From positions 62,860-126,859 of the forward strand of contig CAWBSW010000040.1 in assembly GCA_963791535.1 (NCBI GenBank): 64,000 nucleotides of DNA, in the 5' to 3' direction. Origin of the DNA: an uncultured Actinomycetota bacterium. Lineage in GTDB: Bacteria > Actinomycetota > Actinomycetes > Mycobacteriales > Mycobacteriaceae. Below the pieces are notes generated by a model. It was not told the DNA's origin. It did no database searches and saw nothing but the letters and a program-made list of their open reading frames with translations. The position numbers and the translations under genes are program-made. Below are positions 49,616 to 61,136 of the stretch, piece by piece; the stretch's first letter is position 1, and each line of letters opens with the position of its first letter.

Positions 49616-50701
49616 TCAAGAGGCATTTGCCGCTGCTTCCGAAACTGCTCGTTGGGTGCGGGTCTCGTCGGCAAGCATGATCCGCCAGAGATGGCCAGCG
49701 AGGTGACGCTTCAGCGCACGGGTGGCATATCGGGGGGATTTACCCTCGGCGATCTTCTTGTCGTAGTAGGCGCGGCCGGTGCTCGCAGGCATCCGGATCT
49801 GGATCATTGCGATGGTGTAGATCGCGGAGTTCAGTTGCCGGTCCCCGTAGCGGGACAGCCGGTGCCTAGAGGAATCAGCGCTCGCAATTTGGACGGGCGC
49901 GGTGCCGGTGTAGTTCGCGTATGCGGCAGCCGAGGCGAACCTGGTCGCCTGGCCGGTGCGGCCCAGCAGGCGGGCGGCCAAGACAGATCCAACGCCGTCG
50001 ACCTCGCGCAGAGTGGTGCCGTGCTCGTCGAGCAGAACGGCGATCTTGGCCTCGTTGGCCTTGATCTGCTTGTCGAAGCGCCGGACGTCGGCAATGAGCT
50101 CCTTGGCAAGGTCCACCCGAGTCCGGTCTGGGCCGGTGCGGGGGCGGAATCCACCGAGTGCGGCGGTAGCCTTGGCGGGGGTCAGCGACGTCGGTGCGCC
50201 GCCGGCCATCAACTCGCGCAGCAGCGCGTGTAATTGATTGATTGCGCGGGTTCTGCTGTGTGACAGGTTGACTCGACGTTCATCCAGCAGCGCCAGCGCG
50301 TCGGTGGTGGTCTCGGGGTAGACCTGACGGGCATCGCCCTGCAGCGCTGCGACACTAGCCGCCGCCGCGGCATCGATGCGGTCGTTCTTACGGCGACCTC
50401 CCCGGGAGAGTTCCCGGACCCGTGCAGTCGCTGTGGTCGGAATATCGAGGACGACCTCACCGCGAGCTAGCAACCACAGCGCCAAGTGATGCCCGAGACC
50501 GTCGGCGTTTTCGATCGCCCAGGTGCGTTCGGGCCATGGTTTCGCCCAGAGGATCAGACGTTGGTATTCGGCCAGGGATGCTTCGATGCGCAGCGAACCG
50601 ACATCAGAGTTGGTGGCCGGGTCCAGTGCGGTGCCGGTGTGAGTGGTCTTGTGCGGATCGATGCCGATGACGATCATGGAATACGGGTTCCCTTCGCTCA
50701 T
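49616..50701 (-). CDS. IS110 DEDD recombinase/transposase
   Basis: IGIDPHK, IEN, KNDRIDA, ASADS, GDRQLN. Confidence 0.96.
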   Translation of the reverse strand: MSEGNPYSMIVIGIDPHKTTHTGTALDPATNSDVGSLRIEASLAEYQRLILWAKPWPERTWAIENADGLGHHLALWLLARGEVVLDIPTTATARVRELSRGGRRKNDRIDAAAAASVAALQGDARQVYPETTTDALALLDERRVNLSHSRTRAINQLHALLRELMAGGAPTSLTPAKATAALGGFRPRTGPDRTRVDLAKELIADVRRFDKQIKANEAKIAVLLDEHGTTLREVDGVGSVLAARLLGRTGQATRFASAAAYANYTGTAPVQIASADSSRHRLSRYGDRQLNSAIYTIAMIQIRMPASTGRAYYDKKIAEGKSPRYATRALKRHLAGHLWRIMLADETRTQRAVSEAAANAS

Positions 50702-50711
50702 GTGGGTGGGG

Positions 50712-50874
50712 AATCCGCGGCGGACAATCCGACTTCAAGTACCTCTCACAGCAGCTTGCGGTCAGGCCTCTCTTCAGTCACGCCGCGAACGCAGACCGCA
50801 GGGGTGACACACCACAGTAGGGTCAACCCGAACCACGGGTGACAGGACAACTCTGAGTCATCCCTGCGGCCTGC
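50712..50874 (-). ncRNA. Putative bridge RNA (target-binding and donor-binding loops)
   Basis: Two stems each with a large internal loop; loop sequences match flank and IS ends; TAGCGT -10 at 50886-50881. Confidence 0.8.
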
Positions 50875-50951
50875 TACGACACGCTAATGGGCTGCAATCC
50901 CACACACCGTCCCGTGACACCCACACAAGTCGGATAACCCGGCCCGTCTAG

Positions 50952-52176
<1,225 letters not shown>

Positions 52177-52180
<4 letters not shown>

Positions 52181-52632
52181 GCAAGACGCTGTTGGTAATT
52201 CACCACACCCCGTCGCCGGCAACCCGGGAGCTGCTCGAAGCCGTACTCGCGGGAGCCAACGACCCCGAGATCGACGGCGTCGACGTGGTAGTGCGGCCCG
52301 CTCTCGCGGCGACCGTCCCCGATGTCCTTGACGCGGACGGCTACTTGTTCGGTACCACAGCCAATCTCGGTTACATGTCCGGGGCGCTCAAGCATTTCTT
52401 CGACACTGTCTACTACCCGAGTCTGGATCACGTAGCGGGCCGCCCGTACGGCCTGTGGGTGCACGGCAACAACGACACTGTCGGTGCGACGACGTCGGTG
52501 GAAAAAGTGGCCACCGGAATGTCACTGGCGAAAGCCGCCGACGCACTGGAGATCAGCGGCGCAATCGACGCCGGAGCCCGAGAGCGTGCCTACGAGCTGG
52601 GTGGAACGCTTGCCGCGACGCTGATGGGGTGA
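52177..52632 (+). CDS. Flavodoxin-family protein (Rv2771c-like)
   Basis: HHTPSP, GTTANLGYMSGALKHFFD. Confidence 0.88.
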
Positions 52633-52634
52633 GC

Positions 52635-53990
52635 ATGCTTGACGTCATGCAGTCCGAACGCCGTGTGGTGGCAGCGCTGGTGATGCTGCACGCAGTCGAG
52701 ATGGTCGGGCTCTTGGGTGCCGTGGCCGTGACCGCGGGTCTGGCCCGCGCGAATCCTGGTCGCGGCATGGGGCTAGCGGCGCTGTTGCTGCTGCTGGCGG
52801 CCGTGCCGGTCGGATGGCAGGGGTACCGACCGCTCGCCGGGCGGAGGTCACTGGACGTCGCCGGGCTGGCCGTGCAGTCGGGGGTGGTGATGGCTGCTAT
52901 CGCGGTGGCCACACAGAACCCGGCCGCCGGTGCAATCGGGATCGTGTTGGGATGCGCGGTGCTCGCGGGTTGGGGCCGGCTGACCAAGACCGGTTCAGCC
53001 AAGACCGATCCGGTCGGCGTAGCGCCGTCGCCGCGAACCGTAGAAGTCGCAGCGGCTGGACCGGCCACCCAGATCGGGGTCAGCGGACCAGTGTTGGCGG
53101 TGCTGACGGTACTGGTGGTCTTGGCCGCCCTGAGTGTGCGCAGCAATATCGTGTTCGGACTGGCGATTCTGGCGGTTATCTTCATCTCCCTCGAGCGGCT
53201 GTTCGCGCTGCACCCCCGCCGCGTGCTGCGCCGGGGGTGGCGTACCGACCTGGTGCACTATCTGGTCAACGGTGCCGCGTTGAAGGTCGGGCTGGTGGTC
53301 TCGGTGATGGTTGTGGGCAGCGTTTTGCGTGCGTTCGTGCCCGCACCGCTGCGTCTCGGTATCGCCGCGAGTCCAACCTGGGTGCAGATCGTGGCGGGAT
53401 TCGCCATCACCACGGTTGGCGGGTATGCGGGCCACCGCGCCGCGCATGAGGTGCCGCTGCTGTGGCGGTTCCACCGCGTGCACCACAGCATCCGCGACAT
53501 GGATTGGCTTGCCGCCAATCACTTGCACCCGCTGGACGAGACCTTTGGTCGTTCCGCGGCGGTGCTGCCGCTTTATGCGCTGGGCTTCGGCCGGGTCAGT
53601 CTCGGCGCGTTCGTCATCCTCATCACGGTGCAGGCCATCTTCATCCACGCCAACATCCGGATCAGCTGGGGCCCGCTGCGCTGGGTGATCGCCACTCCGC
53701 AGTTCCACCACTGGCATCACGCCCGAGAGCCGGAGGCGTACAACACCAACTTCGCCGGCGAGTTCCCGGTTCTGGACGCCTTATTCGGGACTCTGTATCT
53801 TCCCGCAGACCGCTGGCCGGCGCAGTACGGTATCGACGACATCGAGCCGACCGGCTACCTGCGTCAGCTTGCCTGGCCGCTACGCAACCGGTGCGCGGCC
53901 GACACCGACGCGGAGCGCCAAAAGTCGGTTGGACAAGGGACATTCGCGCCGGCGGCTCCCTCAAGCACGCAAAGCGGCAGCGTCTGCTAG
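52635..53990 (+). CDS. Sterol desaturase / fatty-acid hydroxylase family with extra N-terminal TM region
   Basis: His boxes HRAAH, HRVHH, HHWHH. Confidence 0.88.
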   Translation: MLDVMQSERRVVAALVMLHAVEMVGLLGAVAVTAGLARANPGRGMGLAALLLLLAAVPVGWQGYRPLAGRRSLDVAGLAVQSGVVMAAIAVATQNPAAGAIGIVLGCAVLAGWGRLTKTGSAKTDPVGVAPSPRTVEVAAAGPATQIGVSGPVLAVLTVLVVLAALSVRSNIVFGLAILAVIFISLERLFALHPRRVLRRGWRTDLVHYLVNGAALKVGLVVSVMVVGSVLRAFVPAPLRLGIAASPTWVQIVAGFAITTVGGYAGHRAAHEVPLLWRFHRVHHSIRDMDWLAANHLHPLDETFGRSAAVLPLYALGFGRVSLGAFVILITVQAIFIHANIRISWGPLRWVIATPQFHHWHHAREPEAYNTNFAGEFPVLDALFGTLYLPADRWPAQYGIDDIEPTGYLRQLAWPLRNRCAADTDAERQKSVGQGTFAPAAPSSTQSGSVC

Positions 53991-54280
53991 TTCGACAGGT
54001 CGTCGTCGATGTGCGTCCGTGGCGAACTCAATATTGGGATCCAGGGCGGTTGGTGGGCGCTCATCTGGGCGCAGCTGTTCTGGGGTATAAAGCCGCTATT
54101 GATGTACGTCATGCAGCGTTGCCGGGTGCCGTCAGGCCCGATGGGTCCGTCGCACTCCTGCGCAAACGGGTGCTCCGCCCACAGGGGGTTCCGGCATCCT
54201 GCGCCGGTCGGGGGTGCCGCGGCGATGAGCCCGGCGCCGATCAGCGTGGCTGCTAGCACTCCAACGATGTATTGCTTCGC
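53987..54280 (-). CDS. Small secreted CDGP-motif protein, paralogue 3; expected start codon is GCG
   Basis: (A)KQYIVGVLAATL...CDGPIGPDGTRQRC. Confidence 0.7.
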   Translation of the reverse strand, partial: AKQYIVGVLAATLIGAGLIAAAPPTGAGCRNPLWAEHPFAQECDGPIGPDGTRQRCMTYINSGFIPQNSCAQMSAHQPPWIPILSSPRTHIDDDLSN

Positions 54281-54304
54281 GTTTCCCTTTCGCGAAGTTC
54301 GCGG

Positions 54305-54595
54305 CTAAGGGTCGATATGCGTTGGTGGCGTGGCCAACACGGGGTCACCCGCAGGTGGATTGCCGGCGCTCATCAGGTAGCAGTCGGTCTCGCCTTGAAA
54401 CCGAAGCCCGTTCGGGTAATACGTCATGCAGCGTTGCCACATCCCGTCAGAGGTGACGGGGTCGTCGCACATCTGTGCAAGTGGGTGCCCCGGCCAATCG
54501 GGGTTCATGCATCCTGCGCTTGCCGGGGGTGCCGCGGTGATCAGCCCGCCTGCCATCACCATGCCAACCAGTCCCGCGACGATGTATTGCTTCAT
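54305..54595 (-). CDS. Small secreted CDGP-motif protein, paralogue 2
   Basis: MKQYIVAG...ASAGC...CDDPVTSDGMWQRC...PPTHID. Confidence 0.85.
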   Translation of the reverse strand: MKQYIVAGLVGMVMAGGLITAAPPASAGCMNPDWPGHPLAQMCDDPVTSDGMWQRCMTYYPNGLRFQGETDCYLMSAGNPPAGDPVLATPPTHIDP

Positions 54596-54628
54596 ACTGC
54601 TGTGACCTTTCCGCGAAGGGTTTTCGGC

Positions 54629-54931
54629 TCAGTCGTCGATGTGCGTGGGTGGGTCAGTGAAGGCGGCACCCCAAGGATGCAGGTCAGGGCCCATCACATC
54701 GCAGCGGTGGTCGAGCGCGCCGTAGTTGGACGCGGAGCCAGGCAGGTCGTCATACCTCGCGTTGAATACCACGCAGCGTTGCCAGGTGCCGTCAGGCTGG
54801 ACGGGTCCGTCGCATCTGCTGGCGGCCATCCATCCTCCGTACCGGCAGCCGGCGCTGGCCGGGGGTGCCGCACTGATCAGTCCGCCCGCCACCACCATGC
54901 CGGCCAATCCTGCGACGAGGTATTGCTTCAC
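54629..54931 (-). CDS. Small secreted CDGP-motif protein, paralogue 1
   Basis: GTG start with AAGGAG SD; CDGPVQPDGTWQRC...PPTHIDD. Confidence 0.85.
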   Translation of the reverse strand: MKQYLVAGLAGMVVAGGLISAAPPASAGCRYGGWMAASRCDGPVQPDGTWQRCVVFNARYDDLPGSASNYGALDHRCDVMGPDLHPWGAAFTDPPTHIDD

Positions 54932-55096
54932 GGCTCTCTCCTTTGCATCGCCGCTGGCAATGAGATTAGTGGTTAGGTGGGTCGCGTTTGCTGCGTTTGA
55001 CGGAAGTTTGCTGACTCGCCCCGCCGCAGACGTAAAACCACGGTAGCGGATGATGTGATCCGGATGCGGTATGGTCAACCCGACGAAGGACCGGAT

Positions 55097-58000
55097 GTGA
55101 CGCGACTGCTGATCGCCAACCGTGGTGAGATCGCGCTCCGAATCATCAGAACTGCAACCGAATTGGGACTCGGCACGGTGGCCGTCTACGCCGAGGACGA
55201 TGCCGACAGCCCGCACGTGCACGCCGCCGACGAAGCGATCGGCCTGCCCGGCGCCGGCCCGGCTGCCTATTTGGACCACGCTGCGATGCTAGCGGCTGCC
55301 AAGAAGTCCGGTGCCCAGTTGATCCACCCCGGTTACGGGTTCCTCAGCGAGCAGGCGGAATTCGCGCGTGCTTGCGCGACGGCGGGGTATACGTTCGTCG
55401 GGCCAGATGCTGCCGCGCTCGAACTGTTCGGCAACAAGTCGTCGGCCCGCCGAGCAGCAGTCGCCGCCGGGGTGCCGGTACTTCCCGCCACCGGCGGGCC
55501 CAGCAGCGTCGAGGACATCCGTGCATTTGCCGCCGACCACGACGACGGGATCGTGATCAAAGCGCTTGCCGGCGGCGGTGGCCGGGGAATGCGGATAGTC
55601 CGCAGCGCCGACCAAATCGACGATGCCTACCGGCAGTGCGCCGCCGAAGCCCAGCTCGGCTTCGGCGACCCGGCGCTGTTCGCCGAGGCGCATCTGGCCA
55701 ACGCACGACACATCGAGGTGCAGATCGTTGCAACGCCGTCGCGCGCACTGGCGCTCGGTGACCGGGACTGCAGCATTCAGCGGCGCTATCAAAAGCTGGT
55801 TGAAATCGCTCCGGCACAGGGTATTTCCACGACGCTGCGCCGTGACCTGCACCGGGCCGCTGCTCGGCTGTGCGCGCAGGTCGACTACTGCGGAATCGCC
55901 ACGGTCGAGTTTCTGGTAACAGGTGAGGAGTTCGTCTTTCTTGAGGTCAACCCCCGGATACAGGTGGAGCACACCGTGACCGAGGAGGTCACCGGGATCG
56001 ACCTGGTCGCGGTGCAGCTCAGAATCGCCGGCGGAGCAGCTTTCCACCAGCTGAGTTTGCCGGCCGGCATCGTCGCCGACGGCAGCGAAGTGGTCGGTGC
56101 GCCCGCGGCGGTGCGCGGTATCGCGATCCAGACGCGGGTCAACATGGAAACCATGGATGCCGACGGCTCGGTCATACCCACCGCGGGCACCCTCACGGTG
56201 TTTACGCCGCCGAGTGGGCCCGGTGTGCGCGTCGACACCTTCGGTCGTCCCGGGCTGACGCCGAGCCCGCGCTACGACTCGCTGCTGGCCAAAGTTATTA
56301 CCCGGGTTCGCGGATCGTCGTTTGCTTCATTTTCTGCGGCGCTGCGTAAAGCAGAGACGGCGCTGGCCGAATTCGATATCGAGGGAATCCGTACCAATAT
56401 CGGATTCTTACGAGAAATTCTGTCGCACAGTGAAAGCCATTCGAGTCCGGTTACCACGGGTTTCGTCGACGAGAATCTTGCAACCTTGGTCGGCGCCGTG
56501 CAGTCTCGTCGCCACGAGATCCGAGTCGCCCCGCTCGAGCTGTATCCGGGCGAGGAGGTGCTGCGCGCACAGCTGGCCGGCACCGTGGTCGAGGCGGCCG
56601 CGGAAGGCGCGGAGTTCGCGGCGGGCGCGCAGTTGGTCGTCCTCGAGGCGATGAAGATGCAGCACGTGCTGACCGCACCGGACGCGGTGTGCACGGTCCG
56701 GACTCTCGTGACGCCGGGGCAGGTTGTCGGAACCGGAGATCCGTTGGTGGTCTTCACCCGCACCGGCGCGGGCGCAGGGGCGAAGGGTCTTGGCATACTT
56801 GCCGACCTCGACCTGGACCGGGACCGTGGTGACCTCGACGAGGTGCGTCGTCGTCACCTGCTCACCCTGGACGAAGGCCGTCCGGCTGCGATCACCAAGC
56901 GGCACAACCAGAATCGGCGCACCGCAAGGGAGAACATCGCTGACCTGGTGGACCCGGGCAGCTTCGTCGAATACGGCGCGCTGACGCTCGCGGCGCAGCG
57001 CAGTAGGCGTTCCGAGGATGACCTGATCGCCAACACCCCGGCCGATGGCCTGGTCGCCGGGGTAGCACGAATCGGCGGAGCCGAGGCGGCCGTGCTGTCG
57101 TACGACTACACCGTGCTCGCCGGCACACAGGGCATGCGCAACCACGCCAAAACCGACCGGGTTTTCGACATCGCCGCCCGCAGAAAGCTGCCGGTGGTGC
57201 TGTTCGCCGAGGGCGGCGGTGGCCGGCCCGGCGACACCGACGTCGCCAATGTCGCCGGTCTCGATGTGCCGACTTTCCGCGCGCTCGGCGCACTCAGTGG
57301 CCGAGTTCCGTTGGTGTCGGTCGTTTCCGGGCGTTGCTTCGCCGGCAATGCCGCCCTGGCCGGAGCATGCGATGTGATTATCGCAACCCCGGACGCCAAC
57401 ATCGGCATGGGCGGCCCGGCCATGATCGAAGGCGGTGGGCTCGGCGAGTACCGGCCCGAGGACATCGGGCCCATCGACGTACAGCGGCGCAACGGGGTCG
57501 TCGGCCTGGTCGCACGCGACGAGGCGCACGCCGTGGCACTGGCCAAGCAGTACCTGTCGTACTTCCACGGCAAGCTCGACGACTGGGAGGCTCCGGACCC
57601 GCGGCTGGCACGACATGTCGTGCCGGAGAATCGGTTACGGGCCTACGATGTGCACCACGCAATCGAATCGGTCGTCGACGTCGGATCCGTGCTGGAATTG
57701 CGCGCCGACTACGGAGTCGGAGTGGTCACCGCGCTCGTCCGCGTCGAAGGCGTGGCATTCGGATTGCTGGCCAACAGCAGTCATCATCTGGGCGGGGCCA
57801 TCGACGCCGAGGCGGCGGACAAGATCGCCGACTTCCTCACGCTGTGCGAATCATTTGGGCTGCCGATCATTTCGTTATGCGACACACCCGGCTTCATGGT
57901 CGGGCCGGATGCCGAAGTGCATGGCGCGGTCCGGCGGATGAGCCGGCTGTTCATCGTCGGCGCTCGACTGACCGTGCCGTTCGGGATGATCATTCTGCGC

Positions 58001-58321
58001 AAGGGTTATGGGCTCGGAGCAATGGCCATGGCCGGCGGCTCATTCCATGCCCCCGAGTTCACGGTGGCCTGGCCGACGGGGGAGATCGGCGGAATGGGCC
58101 TCGAAGGTGCTGTGCGGCTGGGATTCAGCAAGGAGCTGGCCGCGGTCGTCGACGCAATCGAACGTCAGAACCTGTTCGACAAGTTGGTCGAGGCGGCCTA
58201 CCAGCATGGCAAGGCGCTCACCTCGGCTACCACTTTCGAACTCGACGACGTGATCGACCCGGCGGAGTCCCGGGCGTGGATCACCCGGCTGCTATCCAGA
58301 AATGAAGGGAGTCGGTTGTGA
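55097..58321 (+). CDS. Single-chain acyl-CoA carboxylase (biotin carboxylase, biotin carrier, carboxyltransferase)
   Basis: IANRGEIA, GGGGRGM, EAMKM, CDTPGF. Confidence 0.93.
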   Translation: MTRLLIANRGEIALRIIRTATELGLGTVAVYAEDDADSPHVHAADEAIGLPGAGPAAYLDHAAMLAAAKKSGAQLIHPGYGFLSEQAEFARACATAGYTFVGPDAAALELFGNKSSARRAAVAAGVPVLPATGGPSSVEDIRAFAADHDDGIVIKALAGGGGRGMRIVRSADQIDDAYRQCAAEAQLGFGDPALFAEAHLANARHIEVQIVATPSRALALGDRDCSIQRRYQKLVEIAPAQGISTTLRRDLHRAAARLCAQVDYCGIATVEFLVTGEEFVFLEVNPRIQVEHTVTEEVTGIDLVAVQLRIAGGAAFHQLSLPAGIVADGSEVVGAPAAVRGIAIQTRVNMETMDADGSVIPTAGTLTVFTPPSGPGVRVDTFGRPGLTPSPRYDSLLAKVITRVRGSSFASFSAALRKAETALAEFDIEGIRTNIGFLREILSHSESHSSPVTTGFVDENLATLVGAVQSRRHEIRVAPLELYPGEEVLRAQLAGTVVEAAAEGAEFAAGAQLVVLEAMKMQHVLTAPDAVCTVRTLVTPGQVVGTGDPLVVFTRTGAGAGAKGLGILADLDLDRDRGDLDEVRRRHLLTLDEGRPAAITKRHNQNRRTARENIADLVDPGSFVEYGALTLAAQRSRRSEDDLIANTPADGLVAGVARIGGAEAAVLSYDYTVLAGTQGMRNHAKTDRVFDIAARRKLPVVLFAEGGGGRPGDTDVANVAGLDVPTFRALGALSGRVPLVSVVSGRCFAGNAALAGACDVIIATPDANIGMGGPAMIEGGGLGEYRPEDIGPIDVQRRNGVVGLVARDEAHAVALAKQYLSYFHGKLDDWEAPDPRLARHVVPENRLRAYDVHHAIESVVDVGSVLELRADYGVGVVTALVRVEGVAFGLLANSSHHLGGAIDAEAADKIADFLTLCESFGLPIISLCDTPGFMVGPDAEVHGAVRRMSRLFIVGARLTVPFGMIILRKGYGLGAMAMAGGSFHAPEFTVAWPTGEIGGMGLEGAVRLGFSKELAAVVDAIERQNLFDKLVEAAYQHGKALTSATTFELDDVIDPAESRAWITRLLSRNEGSRL

Positions 58322-59140
58322 AGGTTGCCGAAAAGGTCGCCATCGTCACCGGTGGCGGCAACGGCATCGGCGGCGCGTTGGCCGCCAAGCTGGCGCAGCA
58401 GGATGCGCGCGTTGTCGTCGCCGATCTGGACGCCAACGCTGCGCGAGCGGTGGCAGACGGGATCAACGCCGAGCGGCCCGGCGCGGCAATCGCTGCGGGC
58501 GCGGATGTCGCCGACACGACGCAGATCCAGCGGTTGATCACGCTGGCGGAAAGCGGATTCGGCCCGGTCGATTTGTATTTCGCGAACGCGGGCATTACCG
58601 GCGTCGTGGGTCTGGAGGCCACCGAGAAGGAGTGGGACCGGTCCATCGACGTCAACCTGCGGGCGCATATCCGCGCCGCGCAATTGCTGATACCCGATTG
58701 GGTCGAACGCGGCGAAGGCTACTTCATCAGCACCGCATCGGCGGCCGGGCTGCTCACCCAACTGGGATCGGCAACTTACGCGGTGACCAAGCATGCCGCT
58801 GTCGGCTTCGCCGAGTGGCTGAACATCACCTACGGCGACCAAGGGGTGCGGGTGAGCTGTTTGTGCCCGATGGGGGTGAACACCAAGCTGTTGTATGAAG
58901 GCGAGCAGACCGGTCACCCGCTCGGCGACCTGGCCACCCGAGCGGTGACCACCGCGGGCGACGTGCTTGGAACCGGCGGACGTCGCCGACAGCGTGCTGG
59001 CGGCGATCGACGAGGAACGCTTCCTGATCCTCCCGCACACCGTCGTGTTGGACATGTACCGGCAAAAGGCCACCGACTACGACCGCTGGTTGAGCGGCAT
59101 GCGCCGCTACCAGCGCAGCTTGCAAAGGGACACGCTGTGA
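58318..59140 (+). CDS. SDR oxidoreductase; apparent frameshift near 58967
   Basis: TGGGNGIG, NAG, YAVTK; true C-terminus EERFLILPH...DYDRW in another frame. Confidence 0.85.
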
Positions 59141-59913
59141 CCGCCCAAAACACGAACGCCCAGAACCTCAACGGCCGAACCGCGATCGTCACCGGCGCCT
59201 CGCGGGGTATCGGGCTGGCCATTGCGCAGCGACTGGCCGCCGACGGCGCGAACGTGGTGCTCACCGCCCGCAAGCAGGAAAGCGCTGACGCCGCGGCCGA
59301 ACAGGTCGGCGGTAGCGCGATCGGCGTGGCCGCGCACGCCGTCGACGAGGACGCCGCCAAACGCTGCGTCGACCTGACGCTCGACCGCTTCGGCAGCATC
59401 GACATCCTGATCAACAACGCCGGCACCAACCCGGCGTACGGCCCGCTGATCGAGCAGGATCACGCCCGGTTCGCCAAGACCTTCGAGGTCAACCTCTGGG
59501 CGCCGCTGCTGTGGACGTCGCTCGCGGTCAAGGCGTGGATGGGCGAGCACGGCGGCGTCGTGATCAACACCGCCTCGATCGGCGGCATGCATTCGTCGCC
59601 GTACATGGGCATGTACAACGCGACGAAGGCCGCGCTGATTCACGTCACCAAGCAACTGGCGCTAGAACTTTCACCGCGGGTCCGGGTGAATGCGATCTGC
59701 CCGGGCGTGGTTCGCACCAGACTTGCCGAGGCGCTGTGGAAGGACCACGAAGAGGATGTGTCGGCGCGGACGGCGCTGGGCCGCGTCGGCGAGCCGCCCG
59801 ACGTCGCGGCCGCGGTCGCCTTCCTGGTGTCGGACCAGGCGAGCTGGATCACCGGCGACACCATGGTGATCGACGGCGGACAGGTCCTCGGTGATGCGGG
59901 AGGATTCCGATGA
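59137..59913 (+). CDS. SDR oxidoreductase
   Basis: TGASRGIG, NNAG, YNATK; GTGA overlap. Confidence 0.9.
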   Translation: MTAQNTNAQNLNGRTAIVTGASRGIGLAIAQRLAADGANVVLTARKQESADAAAEQVGGSAIGVAAHAVDEDAAKRCVDLTLDRFGSIDILINNAGTNPAYGPLIEQDHARFAKTFEVNLWAPLLWTSLAVKAWMGEHGGVVINTASIGGMHSSPYMGMYNATKAALIHVTKQLALELSPRVRVNAICPGVVRTRLAEALWKDHEEDVSARTALGRVGEPPDVAAAVAFLVSDQASWITGDTMVIDGGQVLGDAGGFR

Positions 59914-61136
59914 GCACTGACGAGCAGGCCGAAGGGCCGAGCAGGCCGAACGGGCGATCGCCGAGGACCTACGCGCCCGGGTGCGGGCGCTGCTCGACGA
60001 GCACGATCCGGCGAGCAGTGACCCGCAGGATTTCCTGGCGGCGCGGTTCGACGCCGGCCTGGCGTGGGTGCACTTCCCGCGCGGTTCCGGCGGGCTGGAA
60101 CTGCCGCGAGGCTTTCAGTCGCAGGTCGAAGCCGACCTCGCCGCGGCGGGCGCGCCGCCGGGAGGCGGACCACACAACGGCATCGGGATGGGCATGGCGG
60201 CGCCGACCATTGCCGCCTTCGGCACCGCGGAGCAGCAGCGAAAGTTCTTGCGGCCGTTGTTCACCGGAGAGCACTTCTACTGTCAGTTGTTCAGTGAGCC
60301 GGGTGCCGGATCCGACCTGGCCGGGGTTTCCACCCGCGCGGTGCGCGACGGCGACGACTGGATCGTCAACGGGCAGAAGGTCTGGACGTCGAGCGCGCAG
60401 AAAGCCCAGAGGGCGATCCTGGTCGCACGGACCGACCCGACGGTTCCCAAACATCAGGGCCTGACCTACTTCGTGTGCGACATGACCGACGACGGCGTCG
60501 ACGTCCGTCCGCTGCGCCAGATCACCGGCGAAGCCGAGTTCAACGAGGTATTCCTGACCGATGTCCGGGTGCCCGACGCGAACCGGCTCGGCCCCGAGGG
60601 CGGCGGCTGGAAGGTCGCGACCACCACGCTCAACAACGAACGCGTTGCCATCGGGTCGATGGCCGGCATCGCGCCGCGAAACCGGGATGATCGGCAAGGT
60701 CGCCGACGCCTGGCGGGCCGAACCGCAGCTGCGCAATCCGGCGATGCACGACGAGCTGATGCGGCTGTGGGTGGAAGCCGAGGTTGCCCGGCTGACCGGG
60801 CTGCGACTGCGCCAGCGGCTCACCGCCGGTCAGCCCGGGCCGGAGGGCGCCGGAATGAAGGTGACGTTCGCCCGTCTGGCCCAGGCGATTTCGGGCTTCG
60901 AAATCGAGCTGCACCCCGAATCCGGCCTGCGCTACGACGATTGGACCATGCGTCAACCCGAAGGGGTCGACTTCACCGGGCGTGAGCCCGGGTATCGCTA
61001 CCTGCGGGCCAGGGGCAATTCGATCGAGGGCGGCACGTCGGAGATCCTGCGCAACACCATCGCCGAGCGCATCCTCGGCCTGCCGCCGGAACACCGGGTC
61101 GACAAGGACATCGCATTGAAGGATTTGGACCGATGA
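59910..61136 (+). CDS. Acyl-CoA dehydrogenase; apparent frameshifts near 59934 and 60680
   Basis: FSEPGAGSD, NGQKVWT, SIEGGTSEI. Confidence 0.85.

Larger units (their letters stand above)
49603..50935 (-). mobile_element. IS110-family element
   Basis: Recombinase plus about 235-bp upstream non-coding end; ends inferred from guide matches; no TIR or TSD. Confidence 0.88.

Noticed and set aside
58318-59913. Apparent 531-aa double-SDR fusion
   Set aside because: Created by one extra base near 58967; the natural SDR1 C-terminus and a GTGA stop/start overlap exist at 59137-59140.
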